A stretch of 32,000 nucleotides of DNA, taken from positions 30,001-62,000 of the forward strand of contig NZ_CP065936.1 of the NCBI RefSeq assembly GCF_003367075.2, given 5' to 3'. Positions 29,870 through 32,000 of this stretch are shown one piece after another; the first letter of the stretch is position 1, and each line of letters opens with the position of its first letter. A model generated the notes under the pieces. It was not told where the DNA came from, ran no database searches, and was given only the letters and a program-made list of their open reading frames with translations. Source of the stretch: Cylindrospermopsis raciborskii Cr2010 (GTDB lineage: Bacteria; Cyanobacteriota; Cyanobacteriia; Cyanobacteriales; Nostocaceae). Made by a program: the position numbers and the translations under genes.

Positions 29870-30085
29870 TTAAGCAGGTACAGCTGCGGATTGGGTCAAT
29901 CCTACTGCTTCTGCATACTTCAAGTAGGTTTCTACGGAAGCAATAACGATACGAGCTTCAACTGCTAGTAGTTCGATACCTACTAAGGATACACGAACCC
30001 AAGCATCTACTACGATACCTTTGTCTAGGATTCTGTCGATTACTTCTGCCAAGCTAGAGGAAGAATTGGTCTTTTCAACTGCCAT
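29870..30085 (-). CDS. gvpA: Major gas vesicle structural protein GvpA, copy 5 (promoter-distal)
   Basis: 71 aa: [71 protein letters not shown]. This is canonical cyanobacterial GvpA. Confidence 0.97.
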   Translation of the reverse strand: MAVEKTNSSSSLAEVIDRILDKGIVVDAWVRVSLVGIELLAVEARIVIASVETYLKYAEAVGLTQSAAVPA

Positions 30086-30126
30086 TGTTTTGCACCTTTA
30101 ATTAATTGTTGTTAGTTAGATTTTTC

Positions 30127-30152
30127 TAGCAGAACATATTGTTGTTCTGCTA
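30127..30152 (-). other. Spacer stem-loop TAGCAGAACA-6nt-TGTTCTGCTA (short spacer between copies 4 and 5)
   Basis: A perfect 10-bp inverted repeat, read directly. Neither strand has a 3' U-tract. Confidence 0.6.
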
Positions 30153-30168
30153 AATCAAAGTCAGAAAA

Positions 30169-30384
30169 TTAAGCAGGTACAGCTGCGGATTGGGTCAATC
30201 CTACTGCTTCTGCATACTTCAAGTAGGTTTCTACGGAAGCAATAACGATACGAGCTTCAACTGCTAGTAGTTCGATACCTACTAAGGATACACGAACCCA
30301 AGCATCTACTACGATACCTTTGTCTAAAATTCTGTCGATTACTTCTGCCAAGCTAGAGGAAGAATTGGTCTTTTCAACTGCCAT
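30169..30384 (-). CDS. gvpA: GvpA, copy 4
   Basis: Same 71-aa protein, with its own AAAGGTG ribosome-binding region. Confidence 0.97.
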   Translation of the reverse strand: MAVEKTNSSSSLAEVIDRILDKGIVVDAWVRVSLVGIELLAVEARIVIASVETYLKYAEAVGLTQSAAVPA

Positions 30385-30425
30385 TGTTTTGCACCTTTAA
30401 TTAATTGTTGTTAGTTAGATTTTTC

Positions 30426-30451
30426 TAGCAGAACATATTGTTGTTCTGCTA
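30426..30451 (-). other. Identical spacer stem-loop (short spacer between copies 3 and 4)
   Basis: The same sequence, 299 bp from the first copy. Confidence 0.6.
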
Positions 30452-30467
30452 AATCAAAGTCAGAAAA

Positions 30468-30683
30468 TTAAGCAGGTACAGCTGCGGATTGGGTCAATCC
30501 TACTGCTTCTGCATACTTCAAGTAGGTTTCTACGGAAGCAATAACGATACGAGCTTCAACTGCTAATAGTTCAATACCTACTAAGGATACACGAACCCAA
30601 GCATCTACTACGATACCTTTGTCTAAAATTCTGTCAATTACTTCTGCCAAGCTAGAGGAAGAATTGGTCTTTTCAACTGCCAT
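30468..30683 (-). CDS. gvpA: GvpA, copy 3
   Basis: Same 71-aa protein. Confidence 0.97.
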   Translation of the reverse strand: MAVEKTNSSSSLAEVIDRILDKGIVVDAWVRVSLVGIELLAVEARIVIASVETYLKYAEAVGLTQSAAVPA

Positions 30684-30790
30684 TGTTTTGCACCTTTAAT
30701 TAATTGTTGTTTTCTGGAAACACTGGGCAGAACAACCAGTTTTTTTCTAGCTTGCCCTGCCTTAGTAAATAAAATTACGAATCAAAAAAA

Positions 30791-31006
30791 TTAAGCAGGT
30801 ACAGCTGCGGATTGGGTCAATCCTACTGCTTCTGCATACTTCAAGTAGGTTTCTACGGAAGCGATAACGATACGAGCTTCAACTGCTAATAGTTCAATAC
30901 CTACTAAGGATACACGAACCCAAGCATCTACTACGATACCTTTGTCTAAAATTCTGTCAATTACTTCTGCCAAGCTGGAGGAAGAATTAGTTTTTTCAAC
31001 TGCCAT
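30791..31006 (-). CDS. gvpA: GvpA, copy 2
   Basis: Same 71-aa protein. Confidence 0.97.
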   Translation of the reverse strand: MAVEKTNSSSSLAEVIDRILDKGIVVDAWVRVSLVGIELLAVEARIVIASVETYLKYAEAVGLTQSAAVPA

Positions 31007-31113
31007 TGTTTTGCACCTTTAACTCATTGTTGTTTTCTGGAACCACTGGGCAGAACAACCAGTTTTTTTCTAGTTTGCCCTGCCTTAGTAAATAAAATTA
31101 CGAATCAAAAAAA

Positions 31114-31329
31114 TTAAGCAGGTACAGCTGCGGATTGGGTCAATCCTACTGCTTCTGCATACTTCAAGTAGGTTTCTACGGAAGCAATAACGATACGAGC
31201 TTCAACTGCTAATAGTTCAATACCTACTAAGGATACACGAACCCAAGCATCTACTACGATACCTTTGTCTAGGATTCTGTCGATTACTTCTGCCAAGCTG
31301 GAGGAAGAATTGGTTTTTTCAACTGCCAT
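31114..31329 (-). CDS. gvpA: GvpA, copy 1 (promoter-proximal)
   Basis: Same 71-aa protein. Confidence 0.97.
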   Translation of the reverse strand: MAVEKTNSSSSLAEVIDRILDKGIVVDAWVRVSLVGIELLAVEARIVIASVETYLKYAEAVGLTQSAAVPA

Positions 31330-32000
31330 TGTTTTGCACCTTTAACTCATTGTTGTTTTTGTTGACTGAACCTAATTATAACAACCTAACTGACTAACAC
31401 GGAGAGGAATCGGGTGAAACAACTCATTTGAGTGCTTACCCCAAACCGGTTTTGACCTGGAAGATTGTTTTGGTGGTTCACATAAATATGAATACCACTA
31501 TTTGTTTTTGATGTAAAGCATTTCCAATTGAAAAACAAAAAACTTTACAATTGTTATGGGTGTCATTCTATACTCTTAATAGAAATTACTTATTGTTTGT
31601 ACTTGCATTTATTACATTGATAAAGAAAATGATTCAAATATGAGAAGGTAAAATTTTACTTTCTTAACTGTATACAAATCCATATTTATACTGAAAATAT
31701 TACAAGTAAAATACATTTCTATTGTAATGTAAACTATAAAAAAGCACGAATTATCTAGTTAAATACTTTGAGTATAATATTTTCATACATAGTAGTATTT
31801 GTCAGATTTGAATAGAAGAAATTAGAGTTTACGAATCCCAACCTTCACTGCAGTGATTACTTTCCTGAGAATTTGGTTCAATTTCCCAACAGCTCTAATA
31901 TAACTTGTTTAAAATTCTAGCTAGTAGAATGGTGTAAGGTCTCGAGTCATACTAATGAAATTTATTATGTAAAATTAGGCGCGGTTAATTTAATAAATGT
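31330..32000 (-). promoter_or_regulatory. AT-rich ORF-free region upstream of gvpA copy 1 (presumed gvp promoter/regulatory region, extending past the window edge)
   Basis: The track shows no ORF of 60 aa or more on any frame. A perfect minus-strand TATAAT at 31375-31380 lies 45 nt upstream of the ATG. The exact promoter is not determinable from sequence alone. Confidence 0.5.

Larger units (their letters stand above)
29870..31359 (-). repeat. Tandem gvpA array: five gene-plus-spacer units with periods 323, 323, 299 and 299 bp
   Basis: Copy starts are spaced 323 bp (copies 1-2 and 2-3) and 299 bp (3-4 and 4-5). The spacers are 107 and 83 bp. About 28-30 nt of conserved leader (tgttttgcacctttaa...) precedes every copy, including copy 1. 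Confidence 0.95.

Noticed and set aside
29494-29968. Plus-strand ORFs 29494-29709 and 29747-29968
   Set aside because: They are antisense to gvpC and to the gvpC-gvpA5 junction. The repetitive gvpC sequence generates open antisense frames.
29870-31329. The regular repeat/spacer periodicity could be mistaken for a CRISPR array
   Set aside because: The repeats are 216-bp protein-coding gvpA genes with ribosome-binding sites. The spacers fall into two conserved classes and are not unique spacers. No cas genes are present.

Overview
This is a cyanobacterial chromosome segment of filamentous Nostocales type. The evidence is at least 11 HIP1 palindromes (GCGATCGC), a near-canonical NtcA, and an Anabaena/Dolichospermum-like GvpA and GvpC.

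Positions 1-20.1 kb hold ordinary housekeeping genes:
- a 3'-truncated SNF2-family helicase (minus strand, absent from the ORF track because it runs off the window)
- pnp
- a DUF3084-like coiled-coil protein followed by an RNase-H-fold nuclease
- ntcA, fabI, hisB
- an orphan ABC ATPase
- a Wza-like polysaccharide exporter and an outer-membrane beta-barrel protein
- a sugar-catabolic trio, gap-pyk-tal
- a double-ACT aspartate kinase

Positions 20.1-32 kb are the notable part, a complete gas-vesicle (gvp) locus on the minus strand:
- a roughly 670 bp AT-rich, ORF-free upstream region
- five tandem gvpA copies that are identical in protein but differ at synonymous DNA sites, built from two repeat-unit lengths (323 and 299 bp)
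- gvpC with five 33-residue repeats
- gvpN, gvpJ, gvpK, gvpF and gvpG
- an oppositely oriented gvpV-like gene
- a second GvpF/L-family gene in the gvpW position
- directly downstream, co-oriented with only 38-nt gaps, a tandem-domain ArsA/GET3-like ATPase and a double-AAA+ (Cdc48/FtsH-class) ATPase

The two ATPases are not part of the canonical gvp gene set. They are my best candidate for an undescribed accessory module, but this rests on synteny only.

I could not support any tRNA, rRNA, CRISPR array, transposase or integrase. All protein calls come from reading motifs in the supplied translations. No database search was run.
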